Notes under the pieces: model-generated
The model's database searches: none
What the model was told of the DNA's origin: nothing
Seen by the model: only the letters and a program-made list of their open reading frames with translations
Program-made: the position numbers and the translations under genes
In this document: positions 8,392-17,052 of the stretch, one piece after another
How positions within the stretch are numbered: position 1 is the stretch's first letter
Layout of the letters: every line of letters begins with the position of its first letter
Assembly: GCA_034004115.1 (NCBI GenBank)
Contig: JAVEXG010000007.1
Coordinates: 213 to 64,212, forward strand
Length of the DNA: 64,000 bases
DNA from: Bacteroidales bacterium
GTDB lineage: Bacteria; Bacteroidota; Bacteroidia; Bacteroidales; VadinHA17
Reading direction: 5' to 3'

Positions 8392-9527
8392 TATCTGTGC
8401 TTTTCAAAGAATTCGATTATGGTTCCCGTAATATGCTCAAGCTGGTCCTGTTCCATTTCGGTATGGACGGGAAGCGAAAGGACTTCCCTGCACAGTGCGG
8501 TTGTAACCGGGAAATCATTTTCCCCGTAGCCGAGGTAGTGGTAGGCTTCCTGCATGTGAAGCGGTCCGGGGTAATAGACCATAGCGGGTACCCTGTTCTC
8601 CTGGAGGTATTTTTTCAGTTCATCCCTCAGTCCGTTCTTCACCCTGATCGTGTACTGATGAAAGATATGCGTCGAGTGTTTCTCTCTCGCCGGGATCACA
8701 ATCTGGCTGCATCCTGAGAATGCCCTGTCGTAATAAGCGGCAACTTCCTGGCGGGCCCGGTTGAAACTGTCGAGATGCTTCAGTTTAACCCTCAGTATCT
8801 CAGCCTGAATTGTATCGAGCCTTGAATTGATACCGATGTCGTTATAGTGATAGCGCACTTTCATGCCGTGGTTTGCTATGCTCCTTATCTTTCTGGCCAG
8901 ATCATCATCGTCGGTGTAAACTGCTCCTCCGTCGCCGTAACAGCCGAGGTTCTTCGAAGGGAAAAATGATGTGGTTCCCGCATTGCCGATAGTACCGGCT
9001 TTCTTCCTGCTTCCGTCGGGGAACAGATAATCGCTTCCGGTTGCCTGGGCGGCATCTTCTATCACAAGCAGATTGTGCATGGCTGCAAGCTTCATTATGC
9101 CTTCCATCCCGGCACACTGGCCGAACAGATGAACAGGAACTATTGCCCTCGTTTTTTCCGTGATGGCTCTGGCAATGCCTTCAACTGAAATATTGAAGGT
9201 GCCGGGATCAGGATCGACAATTACAGGCTTCATCCCAAGCAGTGCCACTGTCTCGAGAGTTGCGATAAAGGTGAAGTTGGTGGTAATTACCTCGTCTCCC
9301 GGCTTCAGTCCAAGCGTCATCATCGATATCTGAAGGGCATCCGTACCATTGGCACACGAAATCACATTCTTCACACCAAGGTATTCCTGAAGCTCCTCTT
9401 CGAAGAGCTTCACCCCGGGACCCTTTATGAAAGCTGATGAGTTGATTACCGAGAAGATTGCTTTGTCAATATCCGGCCTGAGCCTCTCATACTGGGCAAG
9501 CAGGTCGACCATCTGGATCTCTCTCAT
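8391..9527 (-). CDS. wbpE: DegT/DnrJ/EryC1/StrS-family PLP aminotransferase (WbpE-like)
   Basis: 378 aa. The SFFPSKNLG lysine motif, the DAAQA motif and a 1-nt overlap with the downstream acetyltransferase start. Confidence 0.85.
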   Translation of the reverse strand: MREIQMVDLLAQYERLRPDIDKAIFSVINSSAFIKGPGVKLFEEELQEYLGVKNVISCANGTDALQISMMTLGLKPGDEVITTNFTFIATLETVALLGMKPVIVDPDPGTFNISVEGIARAITEKTRAIVPVHLFGQCAGMEGIMKLAAMHNLLVIEDAAQATGSDYLFPDGSRKKAGTIGNAGTTSFFPSKNLGCYGDGGAVYTDDDDLARKIRSIANHGMKVRYHYNDIGINSRLDTIQAEILRVKLKHLDSFNRARQEVAAYYDRAFSGCSQIVIPAREKHSTHIFHQYTIRVKNGLRDELKKYLQENRVPAMVYYPGPLHMQEAYHYLGYGENDFPVTTALCREVLSLPVHTEMEQDQLEHITGTIIEFFEKHR

Positions 9528-9724
9528 GAGAAATGAAAATATTAGGCTACGAATATAATGTTTTTAACCGTAAATATCCTTTGATGATGCTCCCTGATAT
9601 CGTTATCAGGCTTCCTTACAGGTTGATAAAAACGTGTTCTTAAAATGTTAATAACATGACCCTGTTTTTTTAGGGAAACCCTCCCTTATGACCTTATTTT
9701 GTCGGCAGTTAAGTAGACCATATT

Positions 9725-10708
9725 TTGGATATCAAAGCTTTCATCAGGGAATTGTTGTTCAGTCACGATTGCGTCATTGTACCGGGCTTTGGAGGGTTTA
9801 TCGGCAATTTTACACCGGCCCGGCTCGATCAGAAGACCGGGGTGTACTATCCCCCTCTCAAGCAGATTTCCTTCAACAGGAACCTGAATCATAACGACGG
9901 ACTGCTGATTGGCAAAATTTCAATGGTCACAGGTCTCAATTACGCTGATTCGCGACGGCTGGTCGAAGAGTTTGCCGATGAAATCAGAACAAAGCTTGCA
10001 TCGGGAAATCAGGTGGTGTTTGACCATATCGGCACTTTTTCCAATAACCACGAGAATAATGTTCAGTTTGAACCTGAACCCGGAATAAATTACTATCCCG
10101 GTTCTTTCGGGCTTGAACCGTTCCAGTGGAATCCCCCGAAGGAATACGATGTAAGGAAAAAAGTGGCGGGACGGATTATGAAAGAGCCGGCCAGATTAAA
10201 CCCCGGAAGGAAGAACCTGTGGAGGGCCGCAATCCTCGTTCCCGTTCTGGCACTGCTTATTGCAGTCCCATTCAGGTCCAACCTCTTCCGGTCGGGTGTC
10301 GAAGCCACATCCCTCAACCCCCTGGTAACGGCGGAATTTGAGAACAACAGAAGGGCCATTGAAGAGGAGATTAAAGCTGAACCCGCGGCAGAAATTCAGC
10401 AGTCCGCCGCAGAAATTCCTGAACCTGCAGCTGAACCACCGGTTATCGATGAATACAAACCTGTACCGGTAAGTGGTGTCAGGTATTCAATAATAACAGG
10501 CAGCTTCAAATCGGAGGAAAATGCACTTTCACATATCAGTGAACTGAAAGCCGACGGTTACGAACCGGAGATGCAGAAGGCATCCAACGGCTTCATAAGG
10601 GTGACCGCCATGACAAGCAACAGCAAGGAAAAGGCTGTTCAGACACGCGACAGTATTTCCGGGAAATATCCCGGAGCATGGGTCACAGTCGTTAAACAAC
10701 CTATTTGA
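9725..10708 (+). CDS. HU-like domain / SPOR domain protein
   Basis: 327 aa with a TTG start, which is the first start after the in-frame stop at 9710-9712. N-terminal HU-CCDC81-like motif ([13 protein letters not shown]), one TM segment, a low-complexity AEP linker and a C-terminal SPOR-like domain ([14 protein letters not shown]...). Confidence 0.7.
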   Translation: MDIKAFIRELLFSHDCVIVPGFGGFIGNFTPARLDQKTGVYYPPLKQISFNRNLNHNDGLLIGKISMVTGLNYADSRRLVEEFADEIRTKLASGNQVVFDHIGTFSNNHENNVQFEPEPGINYYPGSFGLEPFQWNPPKEYDVRKKVAGRIMKEPARLNPGRKNLWRAAILVPVLALLIAVPFRSNLFRSGVEATSLNPLVTAEFENNRRAIEEEIKAEPAAEIQQSAAEIPEPAAEPPVIDEYKPVPVSGVRYSIITGSFKSEENALSHISELKADGYEPEMQKASNGFIRVTAMTSNSKEKAVQTRDSISGKYPGAWVTVVKQPI

Positions 10709-12743
10709 TAGTACTCCCGTTGCTCACGGGTTCCACCGGTGTAACCATCACAAGCTTTCCGTCCTTGTCCTCAGCCATCAGGATCATCCCTTTCGATTCA
10801 ATTCCCTTTATCTTCCTGGGTTCAAGGTTTGCCACAATGGATATCTGTTTCCCGACGATTGCCGCGGGTTCATAATACTCTGCAATTCCCGACACTATCG
10901 TCCTGACATCCAAGCCTGTGTCAATCTTTAGCTTGAGAAGCTTTGTGGTCTTGGGAACTTTTTCGGCCTCCAGGATGGTGGCTGTCCTGATATCGATTTT
11001 ACTGAAATCGTCAAATGTAAGGGGATCCTTCGCCGGGTTTACCTGCGCTGTTGCAGCTTCGTTGGATTTTTTTGAGGCCGCCAGTTTATTGATCTGCTTT
11101 TCAATCTCACTGTCCTCGATCTTCTCGAACAACAACCCGGGCTCTGCGATACGGTGTCCGGCAGGAAGAAGATCATCCCTTCCGGCATCTTCCCATGATT
11201 TAATTGTGAGGTTTATCCATTTTCTGAGAGTCTCCATCGAGAACGGAAGGAAAGGCTCCAGAACAATTGTAAGATTTGCAGTGATCTGCAGGGAGATATT
11301 CATTATAGTCTTTACCCTTTCAGGATTGCCTGAGGCCAGTTTCCAGGGTTCGGAATCGGCAAGATACTTGTTTCCAAGCCTTGCCAGGTTCATCGCCTCC
11401 CTGAGCGCTTCCCTGAAGCGGTACAACTCAAGGCTCGATTCCACATTCTCCCTGATCTTCTTTATTTCACTGAGGACGGCCCTGTCGGCTTCGGTAGTTT
11501 CACCCCGTTCCGGTACCTGCCCGTCGTAATACTTGCCTGTAAGTACAAGGGTTCGGTTCACAAAATTACCCAGAATCGCAACCAGTTCATTATTGTTGCG
11601 GGCCTGGAAATCCTTCCATGTAAAGTCATTGTCCTTTGTTTCAGGGGCATTGGCGCAGAGAGTGTATCTCAGGACATCCTGCTTGCCGGGGAAATCCTCG
11701 AGGTATTCGTGAAGCCAGACAGCCCAGTTCCTCGAGGTCGATATCTTGTCATTCTCGAGGTTGAGGAACTCGTTCGCCGGGACGTTGTCGGGCAGGATAT
11801 ATGATCCCTCAGCCCTGAGCATCGAAGGGAAAATTATGCAGTGAAATACTATGTTGTCCTTTCCGATGAAGTGCACCATTTTTGTCTCCGGATCCTTCCA
11901 GTACTTTTCCCAGTCGGGAGTCAGCTCACGGGTTGCAGATATATATCCTATCGGTGCATCGAACCAGACATACAGAACCTTACCTTCGGCACCTTCAACA
12001 GGCACCGGCACTCCCCAGTCGAGGTCGCGGCTTACAGCCCGAGGCTGAAGGCCCTGATCGATCCACGACTTGCACTGACCGTAAACATTTGTCTTCCATT
12101 CCTTATGGTCCTCCAGTATCCATTTTCTCAGCCATCCTTCATACCTGTCGAGCGGCAGGTACCAGTGGAGAGTCTCCCTCAATACCGGCTTGCTTCCGCT
12201 TATTGTGGAATGAGGATTGATAAGCTCGTTGGGACTTAGCGACGTTCCGCACTTCTCGCATTGATCGCCGTAGGCATTCTCATTTCCGCAATGAGGGCAG
12301 GTTCCGACTATATACCTGTCGGCCAGGAAACAGCCGGCTTCCTCATCATAATATTGTTCGCTAGTCTTTTCAACGAATTCTCCCTTTTTGTAAAGTTTCA
12401 GGAAGAAATCGGATGCTGTTTCGTAATGTATCTTGTTTGATGTACGCGAATAGATGTCAAAAGCGATCCCGAAGTCTTCGAATGCCTTTTTGTTGATTGC
12501 ATGGTAGCGGTCAACAACTTCCTGGGGTGTGATCCCTTCATTCCTGGCCTTGAGGGTTATCGGAACCCCGTGCTCATCTGATCCGCAGATAGATATCACA
12601 TCAACACCCTTCATCCTCAGGTACCTTGTATAAATGTCGGAGGGAACATATACTCCGGCCAGGTGGCCGATATGCAATGGCCCGTTGGCATAGGGCAGGG
12701 CCGAGGTTATAAGATATCTCTTGTAGTTCTTCATCGTCAGCAA
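10701..12743 (-). CDS. metG: Methionine--tRNA ligase
   Basis: 680 aa. HIGH-type motif ([11 protein letters not shown]), zinc knuckle CPHCG...CEKCG, KISTS (KMSKS variant) and a C-terminal tRNA-binding domain. Confidence 0.97.
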   Translation of the reverse strand: MLTMKNYKRYLITSALPYANGPLHIGHLAGVYVPSDIYTRYLRMKGVDVISICGSDEHGVPITLKARNEGITPQEVVDRYHAINKKAFEDFGIAFDIYSRTSNKIHYETASDFFLKLYKKGEFVEKTSEQYYDEEAGCFLADRYIVGTCPHCGNENAYGDQCEKCGTSLSPNELINPHSTISGSKPVLRETLHWYLPLDRYEGWLRKWILEDHKEWKTNVYGQCKSWIDQGLQPRAVSRDLDWGVPVPVEGAEGKVLYVWFDAPIGYISATRELTPDWEKYWKDPETKMVHFIGKDNIVFHCIIFPSMLRAEGSYILPDNVPANEFLNLENDKISTSRNWAVWLHEYLEDFPGKQDVLRYTLCANAPETKDNDFTWKDFQARNNNELVAILGNFVNRTLVLTGKYYDGQVPERGETTEADRAVLSEIKKIRENVESSLELYRFREALREAMNLARLGNKYLADSEPWKLASGNPERVKTIMNISLQITANLTIVLEPFLPFSMETLRKWINLTIKSWEDAGRDDLLPAGHRIAEPGLLFEKIEDSEIEKQINKLAASKKSNEAATAQVNPAKDPLTFDDFSKIDIRTATILEAEKVPKTTKLLKLKIDTGLDVRTIVSGIAEYYEPAAIVGKQISIVANLEPRKIKGIESKGMILMAEDKDGKLVMVTPVEPVSNGSTIK

Positions 12744-12840
12744 AGAATGGTAATTTTATAAAAACCCCAAAGATAATGTTTATTCAGGCAGTTGTAATGA
12801 TTGAGCAGATGGATTATTTTTACGGAATATAAGCCGTCAG

Positions 12841-13755
12841 ATGTCAGTTAAAAAAATCCAGCCGCCCTTCCTTAAGGAAGGCGATGAAGTGGCAATTATC
12901 TCCCCGTCGTGGGCAATAAGTGAGGACAGGATCAATCATGCCGTGACTTTCCTTGAGGGATGGGGACTTAAGGTCAGGACCGGCAGGAATGTCCTGAAAA
13001 AGTCGGGACCCTTTGCAGGCACCGACGATGAACGGATGGCCGACCTCACGGAGATGACAGGTGACCGAAGGATCAAGGCTGTATTCTGCTCGAGGGGAGG
13101 ATACGGGCTTTCAAGGATCATCGACCGGATCGATTTTTCGCCCCTTCTGAAATCTCCGAAATGGTATGCGGGCTTCAGCGATATCACCGTGCTTCACCTC
13201 TGGCTTAATGAGGTGTGCGGCATAATGTCGGTGCACGGGGAAATGCCTCTCAATTTTCAGGATCCCGACAAGACACCGGCTTCATTTGAAACCCTTCGCG
13301 ATGCCCTGTTTGGCAGCTATAAACCTGTTTCGTGGAAAGGTAAGGGTATCCGCCCCTCTGTGGTTTCCGGTGAAGTGACGGGAGGAAACCTTACACTGGT
13401 ATTCAGCCTGGCCGGTACAAAGGCCATGCCCGATACAAGAGGGAAGATTCTTTTTATTGAGGATGTCGGCGAATATTTCTACAATCTCGACAGGATGATG
13501 ATGTCACTGAGGCTTGCAGGTAAGCTTGAAGGTCTTTCAGCACTACTTGTCGGAGGTTTGACCAGAATGCACCATACTTCGGTGAGGTGGGGGAAAAGCG
13601 CTCAGACTACCATTGCTGAAGCAGTGGAGGGATATGACTATCCTGTTTTCTTTGGTTTTCCGGCAGGCCACGTAAAGGATAACAGGGCATTTTATACCGG
13701 ACGCCATGCTGTAATCACAACCGATGGCGAAATCGCGATCCTCACCTACGATTAA
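12841..13755 (+). CDS. ldcA: LD-carboxypeptidase (peptidase S66, muramoyltetrapeptide carboxypeptidase type)
   Basis: 304 aa. GFSDITVLH serine-nucleophile motif and a C-terminal FGFPAGH motif. Confidence 0.8.
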   Translation: MSVKKIQPPFLKEGDEVAIISPSWAISEDRINHAVTFLEGWGLKVRTGRNVLKKSGPFAGTDDERMADLTEMTGDRRIKAVFCSRGGYGLSRIIDRIDFSPLLKSPKWYAGFSDITVLHLWLNEVCGIMSVHGEMPLNFQDPDKTPASFETLRDALFGSYKPVSWKGKGIRPSVVSGEVTGGNLTLVFSLAGTKAMPDTRGKILFIEDVGEYFYNLDRMMMSLRLAGKLEGLSALLVGGLTRMHHTSVRWGKSAQTTIAEAVEGYDYPVFFGFPAGHVKDNRAFYTGRHAVITTDGEIAILTYD

Positions 13756-13758
13756 TAA

Positions 13759-14979
13759 TCAGAATGCCGAGATAAGGAGATCCAGATCCTTCGAGATTGC
13801 CCCGAACTTCTGTCCCAGGGTCTCATTTGTAAGTATTCCGTTGAAGAGGTAGACTCCGTTACGCATTCCCCTGTCATTTTTCAGAAGCTGCGTGATACCT
13901 CCCGCCTCGGCTATCTCCTTGAAAAGAGGATTGAAGATATTGCTCAGGGCAATCGAAGCTGTACGTGCCACTCTCGACGGAAGGTTCCATGCCGAGAAAT
14001 GAACCACGCCATGCTTTTCATAAACCGGGTCTCTCAAGGCCCTGCACTCTGTTGTTTCTATGCATCCGCCCCTGTCGATGCTCAGATCGATTATAACCGA
14101 ACCTTTCTTCATCGTCTTTACCATGTCCTCGGTGATGTAATACCATGGCCGAAGATCTTCGAGCTCAATGGCCCCGATGAGGACATCGGCCGACCGGATC
14201 GCCTTTTTAAGCACCTGCGGATGGAACACTGATGTCTGCAGCCTCTGGTTTATAAGGTTCTGGAAACGCCTGAGGTTGTGAAGCGACTGATCGAATATCT
14301 TTACCTGCGAACCAAGGCCGAGCGCTGCCCTTGCAGCATACTCCCCGGCAGTGTTGGCGCCTATTATCACCACGTCAGTCGGCGTTACACCCGTAATTCC
14401 TCCAAGAAGAACGCCCTTTCCGCCGTGGTGATTGCTCAGATAATCGGATGCAATCAGCACTGAAGTCACCCCGCTTATCTCGCTCATCGATTCCATAACC
14501 GGCATAACACCGTTGCTGTCCCTTATCTTTTCAAGAGCTATTGCCGTCACCTTTTTCCTCATAAGCTTTGCGAGAGTATCCTCGTTAAGCTGCAGAACAT
14601 TCAGGAACGACATAACAATCTGGTTGCCCCTCAGATAGTCGACCTCCTGGTTAGTGAATGGTGCAACCTTTATCACGGCATCAGCGCTGAACACCCTTGC
14701 CGGTGATTCGGTTATCACTGCCCCGTTCTCGGCATAATCCTTGTCGGAATAATTTGCCCCCGCCCCGGCACCCTTCTGCAGTATCACCTCGTTCCCGCCT
14801 TCAACCAGCTGGTTGATAGCCTCGGGAGTCAGAGCCACCCGTTTCTCATCATTTTTCTTGTCGTTCGGGATCCCTATCGAGATCTTTTTCCGCCTTACAA
14901 CCGTATCGAGCTGTTCTTCCTGTGGAAGCAGTGAGGCATTGCTGAATCCATGACTGCCGTTTTTCGCCTTCTCGTTCAT
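13759..14979 (-). CDS. Alanine dehydrogenase / PNT-family NAD(H)-binding protein
   Basis: 406 aa. AlaDH/PNT N- and C-domain pattern (VVIIGANTAGEYAARAALGLG Rossmann motif). Confidence 0.6.
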   Translation of the reverse strand: MNEKAKNGSHGFSNASLLPQEEQLDTVVRRKKISIGIPNDKKNDEKRVALTPEAINQLVEGGNEVILQKGAGAGANYSDKDYAENGAVITESPARVFSADAVIKVAPFTNQEVDYLRGNQIVMSFLNVLQLNEDTLAKLMRKKVTAIALEKIRDSNGVMPVMESMSEISGVTSVLIASDYLSNHHGGKGVLLGGITGVTPTDVVIIGANTAGEYAARAALGLGSQVKIFDQSLHNLRRFQNLINQRLQTSVFHPQVLKKAIRSADVLIGAIELEDLRPWYYITEDMVKTMKKGSVIIDLSIDRGGCIETTECRALRDPVYEKHGVVHFSAWNLPSRVARTASIALSNIFNPLFKEIAEAGGITQLLKNDRGMRNGVYLFNGILTNETLGQKFGAISKDLDLLISAF

Positions 14980-15036
14980 TTAAGGAATAGTGTTATCACT
15001 TCAAATTTAAAAAAAATAGTATTACTGGGTAAAAGA

Positions 15037-15450
15037 TCAGGAAATGTCGACAATCCTCTCTTCTCCGTTGCCGACAGTTATCCTGATATCTAAAGTGCCC
15101 GGAGGAAGTATTTCTCCGATAAGCTCGGGCCATTCCATAAGGCAGTACGATCCGCTGGCGAAATATTCCTCCATTCCAAAGTCAAAAACCTCTTCGGGCT
15201 TTTTAATCCTGTAAAAGTCAATATGATAAATTGTCTCGCCTTCCCGGGTTCTGTACTCATTGATCATGGTGAATGTCGGACTGGTTACAGTGTTCTCCGC
15301 ACCCAGTTCCCTGCAGATGGCCTTGATGATTGTCGTTTTGCCGGCTCCCATGGGCCCGTAAAAGGCAAGGTGTCTTTTCTCCGATGCAAGAGCGATTATT
15401 TTCCTGGCGGCTGAGGGTAGATGCTTTTTATCTTTGATAAGTATTCTCAT
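15037..15450 (-). CDS. tsaE: tRNA t6A37 biosynthesis ATPase TsaE
   Basis: 137 aa. GPMGAGKTT P-loop, SPTFT and HIDFYR motifs. Confidence 0.85.
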   Translation of the reverse strand: MRILIKDKKHLPSAARKIIALASEKRHLAFYGPMGAGKTTIIKAICRELGAENTVTSPTFTMINEYRTREGETIYHIDFYRIKKPEEVFDFGMEEYFASGSYCLMEWPELIGEILPPGTLDIRITVGNGEERIVDIS

Positions 15451-15468
15451 CCCCGTCGCATTTTTCGG

Positions 15469-17025
15469 TTAGGAAACAGGTTCAAGGAGCGCAATGGGAA
15501 GAAGTATTTCCTGCATCGATACGCCTCCGTGCTGGAAGGTGTCCTTGTAATAGCCTGCGTAGTAGTTGAAATTGTTCTGGTAGACCAGGTAATCCTTGTT
15601 GAGGGCAAAAATGTATTTTGAGGTTATATTGGTCTTCGGAAGCCCGGCTTTCTCGGGGTACTTAAGCTCAAATACCTGCCTTGGATTGTAATCGAGATTT
15701 CGTCCCATCTTATACCTGAGGTTCGAAGATGTCTTCCTGTCGCCAACAACCTTAATCGGATTCTGAACCCTGATGGTCCCGTGGTCGGTGCTGAAAATTA
15801 TCTTCACCTGGTGGGCGGTAAGGGCGGTAAGAAGTTCATAGAGCGGGGAATGAACAAACCACGAACGGGTGAGGCTCCTGTATGCCTTCTCATCATTGGC
15901 AAGATCCCTGATGAGACCTATCTCCGTTCTGGCATGCGAAAGCATGTCGACGAAATTGTAAACCAGGATATTTATGTCGTTGTCAAGAAGCTGCCTGATC
16001 TTCTCATTTACCTTCCTCCCGTCCTGGTTGCTGATTATCTTGTTGTACGACCATTTGTACCTTAAGCCTTTTCTGGCAAGCTGATATTTGAAGAGCTCTT
16101 CTTCAAAGTTATTCTTCCCCTCCTCCTCGTCATCCTCCACCCAGAACTCGGGAAGGATGGCAGCTATCGCTGAGGGCATCAGTCCCGAAAAGAGGGCATT
16201 CCGGCTGTACTGTGTTGCGGTGGGAAGTATGCTGAAATAGATGTCTTCTTCAATAACCCTGTATATTCCGGCAAGCTCCGATGCGATCATCTTCCACTGG
16301 TCAAACCTGAGGTTGTCGATAAGTATGAAAAAGACCGGCTTGCCCTGATTGACGTGAGGAAATATCTTCTTTGCGAACAGGGACGGAGACAATACCGGCC
16401 TGTCCTGTGCATCACTGTCGAGCCACGATTGATAATTGCAGGTAATGTATTTTACAAATGCATTATTCGCATCATTCTCCTGCATTTTGAGTATGCCGGC
16501 CATCCCCGGATCGGTCGATTTCTCGAGCTCCGATTCCCAGAATGTAATTTTCCTGTAGAGCTCGGTCCAGTCGGTATGACTGCGGGCTGCGGAAATCAGA
16601 TTTCCTATGGTGCCAAATTCCTGCCTGTAATTGGTTGTGGTTTTTTCGGTTATCAGCCTGCGTTGTTCGGTGATCCTTTTGACTACAAGCAGGAGCTGAT
16701 TCGGTTTCACCGGCTTGATCAGATAATCTGCCATCTCTGAACCGATAGCTGCCTCCATGATACCCTCCTCCTCATTCTTGGTTATCATAACAACCGGCAG
16801 GTCGTTCTTTATCTCCTTCACAAGTCTCAGAGTCTCAAGGCCGCTCAGGCCGGGCATGCTTTCGTCAAGAAAAATAAGATCGTAGGGATTGTGGCGAACA
16901 AGATCAACTGTGTCGATGCCATTGGTGCAGGTGTCAATTTCATATCCCTTCTCACGCAGAAACTGGACATGTGCCTTCAGAACCTCAATTTCGTCATCGG
17001 TCCATAATATTCTGATCTTTCTCAT
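15469..17025 (-). CDS. porX: PorX-type response regulator (receiver plus PglZ/alkaline-phosphatase-superfamily domain)
   Basis: 518 aa. N-terminal CheY-like receiver (ILWTDDE...LIFLDESMPGLSG) fused to a long PglZ-like domain. Length and architecture match T9SS PorX. Confidence 0.8.
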   Translation of the reverse strand: MRKIRILWTDDEIEVLKAHVQFLREKGYEIDTCTNGIDTVDLVRHNPYDLIFLDESMPGLSGLETLRLVKEIKNDLPVVMITKNEEEGIMEAAIGSEMADYLIKPVKPNQLLLVVKRITEQRRLITEKTTTNYRQEFGTIGNLISAARSHTDWTELYRKITFWESELEKSTDPGMAGILKMQENDANNAFVKYITCNYQSWLDSDAQDRPVLSPSLFAKKIFPHVNQGKPVFFILIDNLRFDQWKMIASELAGIYRVIEEDIYFSILPTATQYSRNALFSGLMPSAIAAILPEFWVEDDEEEGKNNFEEELFKYQLARKGLRYKWSYNKIISNQDGRKVNEKIRQLLDNDINILVYNFVDMLSHARTEIGLIRDLANDEKAYRSLTRSWFVHSPLYELLTALTAHQVKIIFSTDHGTIRVQNPIKVVGDRKTSSNLRYKMGRNLDYNPRQVFELKYPEKAGLPKTNITSKYIFALNKDYLVYQNNFNYYAGYYKDTFQHGGVSMQEILLPIALLEPVS

Positions 17026-17052
17026 CTCTGATTTTAAATTCAGGATGTAAAA

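Noticed and set aside
9645-9657. ATGTTAATAACAT palindrome here, and GTTAATAAC at 36986-36994, as additional sites of the GTTATAAC array motif
   Set aside because: They carry a 4-1-4 rather than a 4-0-4 dyad, occur singly, and lie in AT-rich intergenic DNA where such short palindromes are expected by chance. The relationship to 44876-44916 is unsupported without a genome-wide motif model.
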